A DNA stretch of 64,000 nt from Bacteroidota bacterium (GTDB lineage Bacteria; Eisenbacteria; RBG-16-71-46; SZUA-252), in contig JBLMWD010000027.1 in the NCBI GenBank assembly GCA_050257045.1, positions 9,743-73,742 of the forward strand. The letters run 5' to 3'. Each line of letters opens with the position of its first letter. Position 1 is the first letter of the stretch. The notes beneath the pieces were generated by a model. It worked only from the letters and a program-made list of their open reading frames with translations, was not told where the DNA came from and searched no databases. Of this stretch, positions 8,439 through 17,508 are shown piece after piece. The translations under genes were made by a program, and so were the position numbers.

Positions 8439-9002
8439 TCAGGGCTCCGGCGCGCTCGCGACGGACCATGCCCCGGTGGCCTGGTTCAGCTTGTGGCAGT
8501 AGGTGCACTCGCCCTGGAACTCGGTCATGTAGTGGTTCTCGTCGGCGCCGACGAGGTGGATCCGGTGGATCAGGCGCGCGAAGGGAGGCGCCTTCTTCGA
8601 GGCGGCGCCGTGGCACTTGACGCATCCCGCCGGGACGTCCTTGAGCGCGGCGCTCACGGCCGGATGCTTCCCCTTGAGCGTCACGGCGGCGGGCGCAGCG
8701 GCCTGGGCCTTTGCGAGAAGTGCCGGGTCGACCTTCACGGTCCAGCCCTTCATGAGGGTCGAGAGCCGCTGGTCCATGTGCCGCTCGGGAAGATTCACGT
8801 GGCAGCTCACGCATCCGTTCGGGAACTCGTCGGGGGCGTTGATGCCGGGGATCTTCCGCGCGGGCGGGAGCGGCGGCGGCGAGCCGGGGCTAGGCGTGGC
8901 CACCACCGATTTCGCGGTGCTGTCGGCCGGCTGGGCGTGAGCGCTGGAGGCGAAGGCGAGAAGTCCGAGAAGGAAGATGGACACGGTGGCGAGTGGGCGC
9001 AT
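8439..9002 (-). CDS. Secreted triheme c-type cytochrome
   Basis: Signal peptide MRPLATVSIFLLGLLAFASSAHA. Three CxxCH motifs: CVSCH, CVKCH, CTYCH. A GGAGGG RBS precedes the ATG. Confidence 0.75.
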   Translation of the reverse strand: MRPLATVSIFLLGLLAFASSAHAQPADSTAKSVVATPSPGSPPPLPPARKIPGINAPDEFPNGCVSCHVNLPERHMDQRLSTLMKGWTVKVDPALLAKAQAAAPAAVTLKGKHPAVSAALKDVPAGCVKCHGAASKKAPPFARLIHRIHLVGADENHYMTEFQGECTYCHKLNQATGAWSVASAPEP

Positions 9003-9075
9003 GGCCGTCCCTCCTCTGGGGGATGGAGCTTCAGGAGGACGTCACGCTAGCAGGGGACGGAAGCGGCCCGAATGG

Positions 9076-9085
9076 TACCTAGGTA
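9076..9085. promoter_or_regulatory. Perfect 10-bp palindrome TACCTAGGTA in the cytochrome c upstream region: candidate operator
   Basis: An AT-rich perfect palindrome in a 70%-GC genome, ~75 nt upstream of the cytochrome c start. It sits next to a GC hairpin (9095-9113, CCGGCGGC-gaa-GCCGCCGG) immediately after the ABC-2 permease stop. Confidence 0.25.
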
Positions 9086-9117
9086 TACCCGCCGCCGGCG
9101 GCGAAGCCGCCGGGGCG

Positions 9118-10251
9118 TCACAAAGTGCGCTTGAAGAGCGTCGAGGCGAGCACGAGCATCACGCCCGCGAAGAGCATGAGGATCAGGAAGTCGGGGAGCA
9201 CGGCCTGGAAGCCGACCCCCTTCAGGAGGAGGTTCCGGAGGGCGTGGACGGCATAGCGCATCGGGTTCACCCGGGAGATCGCCTGGAGCCACGCCGGGTA
9301 GCTCTCCGTCGGATAGAGCGCGCCGCTCGGGAAGAAGGTGACGACGTTCAGGATGCCGAAGAGGGCGCGCGGCGTCATCGGATTGGAGACGCGCGCCATG
9401 AGCGTGAACATGAACAGGACGAGCCCGAGGCCGAGGAGGAGGATCGTGAACTCCACCATGAGGAGCGTCGGGAGCCCGCCGATGAGCGGGAGCTGCGCGA
9501 TCACGATCGAAGAAAGGGTGACGACCGTGCCCATGGAGAGGGCGAGCGTCGTGGCCGAGAGCGTGAGCCCCGCCACCAGGTCGAGCGAGGTGAGGGGCGT
9601 CACGAAGTACCCCTCGTGGATCCCGCGCGCGCGGTCGTCCACGAGGATGATCCCGCCCGCCACCATCGCGACGAAGAAGAGGGCGAGCGCGATCACCCCG
9701 GGCACGAGATACTGCATGTAGTTCTTGTGACCGTAGACGTCGACCCGCTCGACCGTGATCCCGACGTCGGGGCGCTCGACCATTCCCGCCACGCGGAGGT
9801 CGCCGATCGCGCGGCGCATCTCCCCCTCGACCGTGTTCGACGAGGTGGCGTCGGTGTTGTCGAGCGCGAGCCCCAGCTCCGCCTTCTCCCCGCGCGCGAA
9901 GTCCTCGCTGAAATTGGGCGGGACGATCACGACGGCCCGGTATTCCCCCTGACGGAGGCGGTTCACCGCCTCGCCCGCCTCGGGCTCGTCCCGGAGATCG
10001 AAGAGCTGCCGGGTCGTCTCGAGGGTCATGATCTGCCTCCGGACCGCGGCGGCGGCCGCGCCCTCGTCCTCGACGACGAGCGCGACGGGAAGGTGGTGGA
10101 GATCCCCGCCCATCGACTTCCCGAGGATGAGGAGGTAGATGATCGGCATCATCACCATCGGGATCACGAGCTGGATGTTGCGTCGGAAGCGGCGGAGGTC
10201 GCGCTCGGCGACCGCGAGGACGCGGCTCGTGCTGAAGGGAAGCGAGAACAC
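9118..10251 (-). CDS. ABC-2 type transporter permease
   Basis: Six predicted TM helices with ABC-2 family architecture, directly downstream of an ABC ATPase. Confidence 0.8.
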   Translation of the reverse strand: MFSLPFSTSRVLAVAERDLRRFRRNIQLVIPMVMMPIIYLLILGKSMGGDLHHLPVALVVEDEGAAAAAVRRQIMTLETTRQLFDLRDEPEAGEAVNRLRQGEYRAVVIVPPNFSEDFARGEKAELGLALDNTDATSSNTVEGEMRRAIGDLRVAGMVERPDVGITVERVDVYGHKNYMQYLVPGVIALALFFVAMVAGGIILVDDRARGIHEGYFVTPLTSLDLVAGLTLSATTLALSMGTVVTLSSIVIAQLPLIGGLPTLLMVEFTILLLGLGLVLFMFTLMARVSNPMTPRALFGILNVVTFFPSGALYPTESYPAWLQAISRVNPMRYAVHALRNLLLKGVGFQAVLPDFLILMLFAGVMLVLASTLFKRTL

Positions 10252-10257
10252 CGCGGG

Positions 10258-11277
10258 CTACCTCATGATCGACGGGAGGGGGCGCACGTATTCGGTGGAC
10301 ACGGTGTCGCGCAGGCCCCGCCCGGTGTAGTGGATGAAGACGTCGTCGAGCGTCGGCTCCTGCACCGAGACGCTCTTCACCTTGTTGCCGACCTTGCGCG
10401 TCGCCTCGATGATCGCCTCGAGCGGCACCACCTCCGACGTGAGCACGAGCCGCACGGCGTGATCGCTGTCGATCGCCGCGTCCGAGACGTCGGGGAGCGC
10501 CTTGAGCGCGTCGCGAAGCGGCTCCCCCACTTCGCGGAAGAATTCGGCGAGCACCGCGTCCTGCCCCGGCACCGAAGCCTTGAGCTCCTTGGGGGTCCCG
10601 AGCGCGGCGATCTTCCCGTGGTCGATGATCGCGAGGCGGTCGCAGAGGCGGTCGGCTTCGTCCATGTAGTGCGTGCAGATCAGGATCGACAGATTCCCCT
10701 CGGCTCGGAGCTTTTCGAGCAGCTCCCAGATCACGCGCCGGCTCTGCGGGTCGAGTCCGGTGGTCGGCTCGTCGAGGAAGAAGACGCGGGGCCGGTGGAC
10801 CAGGCCGCGTGCGATCTCGAGCCGCCGCCGCATCCCGCCCGAGTAGGTCCCGGCGGCCTGGTCCTTCCACTCCCAGAGACCCACGGCGTGGAGGAGCTCG
10901 GTCGAGCGCTCCCGCCGCTCGTGCCGCGACATGCCGTAGAACTTTCCGTAGATGTCGAGGCTCTCCCACGCGGAGAGGTCGGAGTCGACGGTGTTCGCCT
11001 GCGGGATCACGCCGATCGAGCGCCGGACCGAACCCGTGCGCCGCGCCACGTCGAACCCCATGACGAGCGCGCGTCCCGAGGTCGGGCGGATCAAGGTCGT
11101 GAGCATGCGCACGAGGGTGCTCTTCCCCGCCCCGTTCGGGCCGAGGATCCCGAAGATCTCGTTCTGCGCCACGCTGAAGGTGAGGTCGTCGTCGGCCGTG
11201 AAATCGCCGAACTTCTTGGTGAGGTGCTCGACGACGATCGCGGGGACGTCCGGATTCTCGGGTTCGGGCGCGATCAC
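10258..11277 (-). CDS. ABC transporter ATP-binding protein
   Basis: Walker A GPNGAGKST, signature YSGGMRRRLEIA, Walker B VFFLDEPTTGLD. Confidence 0.85.
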   Translation of the reverse strand: MIAPEPENPDVPAIVVEHLTKKFGDFTADDDLTFSVAQNEIFGILGPNGAGKSTLVRMLTTLIRPTSGRALVMGFDVARRTGSVRRSIGVIPQANTVDSDLSAWESLDIYGKFYGMSRHERRERSTELLHAVGLWEWKDQAAGTYSGGMRRRLEIARGLVHRPRVFFLDEPTTGLDPQSRRVIWELLEKLRAEGNLSILICTHYMDEADRLCDRLAIIDHGKIAALGTPKELKASVPGQDAVLAEFFREVGEPLRDALKALPDVSDAAIDSDHAVRLVLTSEVVPLEAIIEATRKVGNKVKSVSVQEPTLDDVFIHYTGRGLRDTVSTEYVRPLPSIMR

Positions 11278-12221
11278 GGCGTCCGCTCCGCCACGGGGCG
11301 CGACGAGGCGGGGGACGCGGAGGGGACCTCGATCGTGACCTCGGCCGTCATGCCGTCCTTGAGGAGCCCGTCCGGGTTCGGGACGCGCGCCACGACGTCG
11401 AACGTCCGGATGTCGCGCCGCTGGGCGCCCCAGTCCTTCCGCGTCGCGAAGTCCCCCGAGGCCGAGACGTCGGTCACGACTCCCGGGAAGGTGCGCTTGT
11501 CGAACGTGTAGACCTTGACCGAGACCGGATCGCCGAGGCGCACGGCGCCGATCCGCGTCTCGTCCACGGCGGCGTGCACCTTCAACGTGTCGAGGTTCGC
11601 GATCGTGACGACCGCCGTCCCCACGGTGACCGTCTCGCCCGGGTGGTGGATCTTCTCCGTGACCTGGCCCGCCTGCGGCGCGGTGACGACGGCATAGGAG
11701 CGCGTGAGCTTCGCCTGGGCGAGGCTGCTCTCGGCCTGGTGGACCTGCGCCTCGGCCGCGTCGACCTGCGCCCGGCCGACCTGCGCCGCCGCGATCGAGG
11801 CGTCGAGCTGCTGCTGCGTGCCGGCGCCCTCGGCCGCGAGGGAGCGCATGCGCGCGAGGTCGCGGGCCGCCTTCTCGCGGTTCGCGCGCGCCTGGCCCAG
11901 CGCGGCGCGGGCCGATTCGAGGGCCGCCGCGGCGCTCTGCACCGCCACGTCGAAGTCCTGCGGGTCGAGCGTCGCCACGGCCTGCCCCGGGCGGACGCGG
12001 TCTCCCTCGTTCACCGGGACGGTCGCGATCTTCCCGCCCACCTTGAAGCCGAGGCTCACCTGCACGGCCTCGATGGTCCCGGTCGTGACCACGTTCCCGC
12101 CCTGATACCCCTCCTTGCGGTGGGTGTAGCTCCAGATCGCGTAGGCGGCCGCGGCGATCACGACCAGGAGGACGATCCCCCGGATCCGCCGGGCGCGCGA
12201 TGGAGGCGCTTTCTCGGCCAT
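11274..12221 (-). CDS. HlyD-family membrane fusion (periplasmic adaptor) protein
   Basis: N-terminal TM helix, coiled-coil region and beta-barrel/lipoyl-like motifs; its start overlaps the ABC ATPase. Confidence 0.8.
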   Translation of the reverse strand: MAEKAPPSRARRIRGIVLLVVIAAAAYAIWSYTHRKEGYQGGNVVTTGTIEAVQVSLGFKVGGKIATVPVNEGDRVRPGQAVATLDPQDFDVAVQSAAAALESARAALGQARANREKAARDLARMRSLAAEGAGTQQQLDASIAAAQVGRAQVDAAEAQVHQAESSLAQAKLTRSYAVVTAPQAGQVTEKIHHPGETVTVGTAVVTIANLDTLKVHAAVDETRIGAVRLGDPVSVKVYTFDKRTFPGVVTDVSASGDFATRKDWGAQRRDIRTFDVVARVPNPDGLLKDGMTAEVTIEVPSASPASSRPVAERTP

Positions 12222-12225
12222 GTCG

Positions 12226-13566
12226 TTACGGTCCCCCCGTGCTGGTGGCCGGTCCGATCGCGCGCTCGAGCGCGGCGCGCGCGGACCAGGTGTCGAGGAG
12301 CGACTGCGCCTCCTGCGCCCGCGCGTCGGCGAGCGCGCTCTCCGCGTCGCGCACCTGCGAGGCGGTGGTCGTGCCGCCGCGGTAGCCGGCCTCGGCCAGG
12401 TGGAGCGCCTCGCGCGCCGCGGTCACGCGCGAGGAGTCCGTCTGCCAGATCGCGAGCGAGACGCGGAGATCGGAGAGCGAGCTGTCGACGTTGCGGCGCA
12501 CGTCGAGCTCCGCCTCGCGCCGCCGAGCCGCGATCGCCTCGTGGTCGGCGCGCAGCTCGCCCGCGCGGGCGGAGGCGAGGCCGCCGTCGAAGATCGGCCA
12601 GCTGACATCGACGCCGGCCCAGAGGTTGTAGGTCTTGAGGCCGGGGTCCTGAAAGTTGAAGTATTCCTCTTGGCGATTCGGGCCGAGGTATTGTGCCGTG
12701 CCGCTCACGCCGAGGGCGGGCCCTCGCTGCGCGAGGGCAGCACGCGTCCGCTGCTCGTTCTCGCGGAGCTGCTCGTCGTAGCTGCGGAGCTCCGGGCGGT
12801 TCCGGAGGGCGGCCGCCTCCGCGGCGGCCGGATCGGGAATGGCCGAATCGGGCGGACCCGGCGGGGCGAGCGCTTCCGTGGAGTCGATGGTCGCGCCGAT
12901 CACGGTTTCGAGCTCCACGCGCGCCGTGCGGACCGCTTCGTGGGCCCGGATCAGGGCCGACTCGCGCTGGAAGAGATCGACGCGCGCCTGGAGCGAGTCG
13001 AGCCGCTGCGCCACGCCGGCGCGCACCTGGGCCGCCGCGAGGCGCCGGCGGGCCCCGGCCGCCTGCACCGCCTCCCCGGCGGCGTCCTCGAGCCGGCGCG
13101 CCGCGATCGCGCGGTAGAAGGCCTGGGAGACGCGCAGGGCGAGATCGGCGTCGGCCTCCGCGCGGCTCTCTTGCTGGGCGCGGCGGGCGGCTTCGGCGGC
13201 CCGCACGAGCGCCCGGTCGCGTCCGCTCGCGTCGATCGGGAGCCGCGCCTGGGCGCGCATGTCGATGTTCGTCGCGCTCCCCGTCTTCACGACCGCGGGA
13301 CCGGGCGCGCCCGGGATCGGGATGATGAACTTCTGCGACTCGCTCCGCTGGATCGCGCTCCCGTCGAGCCGGAACGTCGGCGCGAGCGCGGCGCGCGCCT
13401 CGCGGATCGCCTGCTCCGCGCGCGAGACGCCCGCCTCGGAGATCCGGATCGAGGGGGCGTTCTTGCGCGCGATGGCGAGGCACTCCTCGAGCGTGAGGGC
13501 GCGAGCGGTCGCCGAGGCCACTGCCACGGCCGCCGTGAGCGCGAGCAGGAAGGCGACCCGCCTCAC
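12226..13566 (-). CDS. TolC-family outer membrane efflux protein
   Basis: Signal peptide, two tandem repeats of the OEP coiled-coil/beta region, and the typical LTLEECLAIA start. Confidence 0.8.
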   Translation of the reverse strand: MRRVAFLLALTAAVAVASATARALTLEECLAIARKNAPSIRISEAGVSRAEQAIREARAALAPTFRLDGSAIQRSESQKFIIPIPGAPGPAVVKTGSATNIDMRAQARLPIDASGRDRALVRAAEAARRAQQESRAEADADLALRVSQAFYRAIAARRLEDAAGEAVQAAGARRRLAAAQVRAGVAQRLDSLQARVDLFQRESALIRAHEAVRTARVELETVIGATIDSTEALAPPGPPDSAIPDPAAAEAAALRNRPELRSYDEQLRENEQRTRAALAQRGPALGVSGTAQYLGPNRQEEYFNFQDPGLKTYNLWAGVDVSWPIFDGGLASARAGELRADHEAIAARRREAELDVRRNVDSSLSDLRVSLAIWQTDSSRVTAAREALHLAEAGYRGGTTTASQVRDAESALADARAQEAQSLLDTWSARAALERAIGPATSTGGP

Positions 13567-14249
13567 GCCGCCTCCTCCGGGAGGTAGAGGTTCACGATCG
13601 CCTCCGCGCGCGCCTTCGGATCCTGGGGGAGCGGCTCGATCCGGATCACGGCGCCGGTCATCTGGTAGAACATGAGCGAGCCGTGGAACGATCGCGCCGC
13701 GATGGCGGCGTCCCGCGCCGCGCGCCGCGCGCCCCGTTCGGCAAAGGCGCGCTGGAAGAGGCGCGTCTCGAGCGCGAGCAGGCGCGAGAGGAACGTCCGG
13801 TAGAACTCCCCCGCCAGGTCGGGCACCTCGAGGACGCCGAAAAACACGACGCGGAAGAGGCGCGGGTCGTCGCGCAGCGCCGTAAGGATGCGCTCGGCGA
13901 GCCGGCCGAGCGCCTCGCGCGGGGGGAGCTTCGCAAAGCCGCGCTCCATCGTCTCGATCCGGTCCTCGAATCCGACCGACGCGAGGATCGCCCGGACGAG
14001 GTCCTCCTTCGTCGGGAAGTGCCGGAAGAGGAGCGCTTCGCTCACGCAGGCCCGCTCCGCGACGTCGCGCGTGCGCGCCCCGTGGAAGCCCCGCTCCGCG
14101 AAGACGTCGAGCGCCGCCGCGAGGATCTGCGAGCGGCGGTCGTCCGCCTTCAGTCGAAGCCTGGGGTTGAAGTCCGATGCGCCCACGGTTCCTTTCGATG
14201 CGCCGCCGCCGCGGGCGGCGCGGATAAGTGAGCGCTTACTTAATCGCAT
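13563..14249 (-). CDS. TetR-family transcriptional regulator (likely controls the downstream efflux operon)
   Basis: HTH region RRSQILAAALDVFAERGFHGARTRDVAERACVSEALLFRHF. The track ORF is trimmed to the ATG at ~14249. Its stop overlaps the tolC start. Confidence 0.75.
   Translation of the reverse strand: MRLSKRSLIRAARGGGASKGTVGASDFNPRLRLKADDRRSQILAAALDVFAERGFHGARTRDVAERACVSEALLFRHFPTKEDLVRAILASVGFEDRIETMERGFAKLPPREALGRLAERILTALRDDPRLFRVVFFGVLEVPDLAGEFYRTFLSRLLALETRLFQRAFAERGARRAARDAAIAARSFHGSLMFYQMTGAVIRIEPLPQDPKARAEAIVNLYLPEEAA
14226..14241. promoter_or_regulatory. Near-palindromic 16-mer AAGTGAGCGCTTACTT overlapping the first codons of tetR: candidate TetR autoregulatory operator
   Basis: 14/16 positions are palindromic. 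The overlapping tetR codons (CGA TTA AGT AAG CGC TCA CTT ATC) use codons that are rare in this genome, which suggests a constraint at the DNA level. A second perfect palindrome, AACGATCGTT (~14337-14346), lies just upstream of the osmC RBS. Confidence 0.3.
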
Positions 14250-14366
14250 GCCGAGCCGGGTGGCAAGCCCCGATGTCGAGCGGTACCATTTCCCGCCCGG
14301 CCCGGCCGGACCTGACGACAATGAGCGGAAACGACGTTCCGAAACGATCGTTGCAAGGAGGTCACG

Positions 14367-14792
14367 ATGAACCGCAAGGCATCCGCGGAGTGGCGCGGCG
14401 GACTCAAGGACGGCAAGGGAACGATGTCGACGGAGAGCGGGCTCCTCGCGAACGCCCCCTACTCCTTCGGCACCCGCTTCGAAAGCGCCAAGGGAACGAA
14501 CCCCGAGGAGCTGATCGCGGCGGCGCACGCGGGGTGCTTCTCGATGGCGCTCTCGGCCCAGCTCGAGGGCGCGGGGATCAAGCCCGAGAGCGTGCGCACG
14601 TCGGCCACGGTCACGCTCGAGAAGGTGGGCGACGGATTCTCGGTCACGGCGAGCCACCTCGACGTGGTCGCGCGCATCCCGGGCGCCGACCGCGCGGCGT
14701 TCCAGAAGGCGGCGGAGCAGGCCAAGTCGGGCTGCCCCATCTCGAAGCTCCTGAACGCGAAGATCTCGATGGACGCGAAGCTGGAGGGCTGA
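14367..14792 (+). CDS. osmC: OsmC/Ohr family peroxiredoxin
   Basis: ...AAHAGCFSMALSAQLE...AEQAKSGCPISKLL...; contains the two conserved Cys. AAGGAGG RBS 6 nt upstream. Confidence 0.85.
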   Translation: MNRKASAEWRGGLKDGKGTMSTESGLLANAPYSFGTRFESAKGTNPEELIAAAHAGCFSMALSAQLEGAGIKPESVRTSATVTLEKVGDGFSVTASHLDVVARIPGADRAAFQKAAEQAKSGCPISKLLNAKISMDAKLEG

Positions 14793-14829
14793 CGTCCGGC
14801 GCCTCCCCGGACGCGGGGGCGGCCGCGGG

Positions 14830-15936
14830 CTAGTGAGCCCCGTCGGGGGTGCGTCCCGCCGCGGTCGTCCGCCAGTTGAAGCGCGCCTTCTCGGGCGGGA
14901 TCCAGGCCGGGAGCGGCATGACGAGGTACTCGGCGAGCGCGCTTCCGTACGGCGCGTAGAGGCGGCGCAGCTCATCGAGCCGCGTCGAGGCCGCGGGCTC
15001 CTCCGCGATCGGAACGCCCACCGCGGCGAGCCAGCGGCGGAGCTCCGCGATCTTCTCCGGAGCGCTCCGCTCGCGGTCGTCGTCGAGCGGCGCGAGCCGG
15101 AAGACCTGGCTCACGTCGACGAGCGTGTGCCGGCAGATCGCGAACGTGAGCCGCGCCTGGAACGGATCGACGCCGCGCACGCCGGCGCTCACCACCGCGG
15201 CCGCGTCGGTCACGGCGCAGAGCGAGGCGAGCCACGACTGGTTGTCATGCTGGGAGCGGAAGAAGGCGAGGAGCGGATAGGACAGGTGGCTCTCTAATAT
15301 ATTCGCCGCCGCCTCCTCCCAGTCGCGGAAGAGCCGGTCGAGCTCGGCGCCGGGCGTGGGGCTCTCGAACGCGCGGCGCAGGATCTGCCCCGCCGCGGGG
15401 GGCGACCCCGCCCACTCGTCGAGCATCGTGATCCGCGCCTCGCGCGGCGAGAAGGACTGGTAGAGCACCGGCACGTACGCGATCACGAGGGCGAGGAAGC
15501 CGAAGCCGAGCCCCGCCTCGAGCACGGTGACCGCGCGCGTGACTCCGCTCATCGGCACCACGTCTCCGAGCCCGAGCGTGAAGAAAGTCGTCCCGGAGAG
15601 ATACAGATCGGCCGGAAAGCCCGCCATCCCCGACCCGCGAACGGCGGAGCCGAGCGCCCACTGGACCAGCGCGAACCCCAGGATGATCCCCGCGGCCCAG
15701 ACCCCGAAGAGCGCGATGAGCGAGAGCTGGGCGTAGAAGCTGAGGAAGAGCTCGCGGAGGTTCCGGGCGCGGATCCGCCGCCCGAAGAAGGTCCAGACCC
15801 GCCAGAGCGAGCGGAAGAGGAGGCGCGAGATCCGGATGTCGGCCGGGAGGCGGCGCGGCAGGAGGATCGTCTCGTACGCGTCCCAGAGCGGGACGAGGAC
15901 GAGCAGGACTCCCGCGATCGCGGCGATCGCGGTCAA
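14830..15936 (-). CDS. Two-TM potassium-channel family protein (ion transport 2 family) with a cytoplasmic C-terminal domain
   Basis: Pore signature TFFTLGLGDVVP (TxGxGD). The start is uncertain. The upstream part of the track ORF overlaps the sigma factor gene, so it is trimmed to the TTG at ~15936, which overlaps the sigma stop. Confidence 0.5.
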   Translation of the reverse strand: MTAIAAIAGVLLVLVPLWDAYETILLPRRLPADIRISRLLFRSLWRVWTFFGRRIRARNLRELFLSFYAQLSLIALFGVWAAGIILGFALVQWALGSAVRGSGMAGFPADLYLSGTTFFTLGLGDVVPMSGVTRAVTVLEAGLGFGFLALVIAYVPVLYQSFSPREARITMLDEWAGSPPAAGQILRRAFESPTPGAELDRLFRDWEEAAANILESHLSYPLLAFFRSQHDNQSWLASLCAVTDAAAVVSAGVRGVDPFQARLTFAICRHTLVDVSQVFRLAPLDDDRERSAPEKIAELRRWLAAVGVPIAEEPAASTRLDELRRLYAPYGSALAEYLVMPLPAWIPPEKARFNWRTTAAGRTPDGAH

Positions 15937-16982
15937 TGCACCGAAGCCTGGGATTCCGTCGATTCCGACTCGATCAGCCCCCGGAGCTTCAACAGCGCCC
16001 GCTGCTCGAGCTGGCGGATCCGCTCGCGGGAGAGCCCGAACTGCGCGCCGGTCTCCGCGAGCGTGCGCGGCCGGTCGTCGTAGAAGCCGTAGCGGAAGCG
16101 GAGGATCGCCTCTTCGCGCTCGGAGAGGCGTTTCAGCATCTCGTTCACCTGCTGGTCGCGGAGCTGGAGCTCGACGATCTCGTCGAGGGTGGGCGGCTGC
16201 TCCACCGCCTCGGACTCGACGAGGCCGTGGAAGGCCTCGTTCGAGAGATCGACGTCGAGGGAGCGGACCGAGTAGACGAGCGTCTCGAGCCGCTTCGCGC
16301 GCGTCATCGGAATCCCCATCGCGCGCGCCACGTCCTCGAGGTCGGGCGGGCTCTTGCGCTCGGTCTCGAGGCGGCGCTGCGTCGCGATGAACCGGCGCAT
16401 CATCTGGAGGACGTGGATCGGGATGCGGACCGTGCGCGACTGGTTGGCGACGCCCCGCGCGAGGGCCTGGCGGATCCACCACGTCGCGTACGTCGCGAAG
16501 TGGATCCCCCGGTCGACGTCGTAGCGGTCGACCGCCGTGATCAGGCCGAGGTTCCCTTCTTCGACGAGATCGAGGAACTCGACGCCTCGGTTCCGGTAGG
16601 CGCGCGCCTGCGAGACGACCAGGCGGAGATAGGAGAGGATGAGCCGCTTGCGCGCGTCCTCGGCCCCCTTCCGCATCCGCTCCCAGAGCGAGCGCTCCTG
16701 GTCGCGCTCGAGGATCGGGTAGCGCTGGATCTCCTGGAGGTAGCGGCGCTCGAGGTCGCCGACCCCGCGCGCTTCCTCCGGGGCCGGGGCCTCGGGCGCG
16801 GCCGCCCCCTCGGGGAGCGTGATGCCCTGGCGGCGCGCCTCGGCGAGGAAGAGGTCGAACGCGGTCGCGTCGAAGTCGGGCGAGTGGAGGAGGCGGTCGA
16901 GCGCGGCGTCGTCGAGGAACCCCTGCGCGAGCCCTTCGCGCATCGCCTCGGAGAGATCGGATACGAATCGCCGGGGTCCCAT
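15933..16982 (-). CDS. RNA polymerase sigma-70 family factor (group 2/3-like; RpoS/SigB-like size)
   Basis: Region 2 (YLQEIQRYPIL...DLVEEGNLGLITAVDRYD...HFATYATWWIRQAL), region 3, and region 4 (LSEREEAILRFRYG...LAETGAQFGLSRERIRQLEQRALLKLR). Confidence 0.85.
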   Translation of the reverse strand: MGPRRFVSDLSEAMREGLAQGFLDDAALDRLLHSPDFDATAFDLFLAEARRQGITLPEGAAAPEAPAPEEARGVGDLERRYLQEIQRYPILERDQERSLWERMRKGAEDARKRLILSYLRLVVSQARAYRNRGVEFLDLVEEGNLGLITAVDRYDVDRGIHFATYATWWIRQALARGVANQSRTVRIPIHVLQMMRRFIATQRRLETERKSPPDLEDVARAMGIPMTRAKRLETLVYSVRSLDVDLSNEAFHGLVESEAVEQPPTLDEIVELQLRDQQVNEMLKRLSEREEAILRFRYGFYDDRPRTLAETGAQFGLSRERIRQLEQRALLKLRGLIESESTESQASVH

Positions 16983-16996
16983 CGTCGTGGCCTCGA

Positions 16997-17314
16997 TCAG
17001 GTGCGGATCACGAAGTCGCGCGCGCCCTGCGCCGATATCCAGCGCACCGACACGTCGCTCACGCGCGCGGCGGGGGGACCGTGGTGGAGCTCTTCGAGGT
17101 AGGCCCGGAGCGCCTCGTCCGGCCCCTCGGCCTCGACCTCGACGCCGCCCGAGGGAAGGTTCCGTACCGAGCCGCCGAGCCCGTGCACGCGCGCCCGCTC
17201 CTGGGCGAAGAAACGGTATCCGACGCCCTGCACGCGCCCGGCGACCACCGCGACGAAACGCGCGCGGCCGGCGCGCGGGCGGGGCGAAGCGCCGTCCGGA
17301 TCACGCGACGTCAC
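16997..17314 (-). CDS. acyP: Acylphosphatase
   Basis: RARFVAVVAGRVQGVGYRFFAQERARVHGLGGSVRNLPSGGVEVEAEG... is the canonical acylphosphatase fold signature. The start is trimmed to the GTG at ~17314 because the upstream part of the track ORF overlaps tRNA-Pro. Confidence 0.6.
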   Translation of the reverse strand: MTSRDPDGASPRPRAGRARFVAVVAGRVQGVGYRFFAQERARVHGLGGSVRNLPSGGVEVEAEGPDEALRAYLEELHHGPPAARVSDVSVRWISAQGARDFVIRT

Positions 17315-17346
17315 GCGCGCCCCCGTGAAGTCCTCCGGCAAAAAAA

Positions 17347-17420
17347 TCGGGGCGAGAGGATTTGAACCTCCGACCCCCTGGTCCCGAACCAGGTGCTCTA
17401 CCAGGCTGAGCCACGCCCCG
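17347..17420 (-). tRNA. tRNA-Pro (anticodon CGG)
   Basis: CGGGGCGTGGCTCAGCCTGGTAGAGCACCTGGTTCGGGACCAGGGGGTCGGAGGTTCAAATCCTCTCGCCCCGA folds as a cloverleaf with anticodon loop TTCGGGA. No encoded CCA; a T6 run follows. Confidence 0.85.
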
Positions 17421-17508
17421 ATCGAATCGAGCCGAAATGAGGACACAAAGGAGCCTCCGGTGGAGGGAACCTTTGCGCCGGGAGTCTATCAACGCGCGCG
17501 GCATGGGG

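Noticed and set aside
8977-11511. 844-aa plus-strand ORF and the nested 9047..10969 minus-strand ORF
   Set aside because: Both are antisense to or out of frame with the well-supported ABC ATPase and ABC-2 permease genes, and their translations are low-complexity Arg/Asp/Glu-rich.
15937-16482. N-terminal 180 codons of the K-channel track ORF
   Set aside because: They overlap the 3' half of the sigma-factor gene in another frame and are Arg/Pro-rich. The channel most likely starts near 15936.
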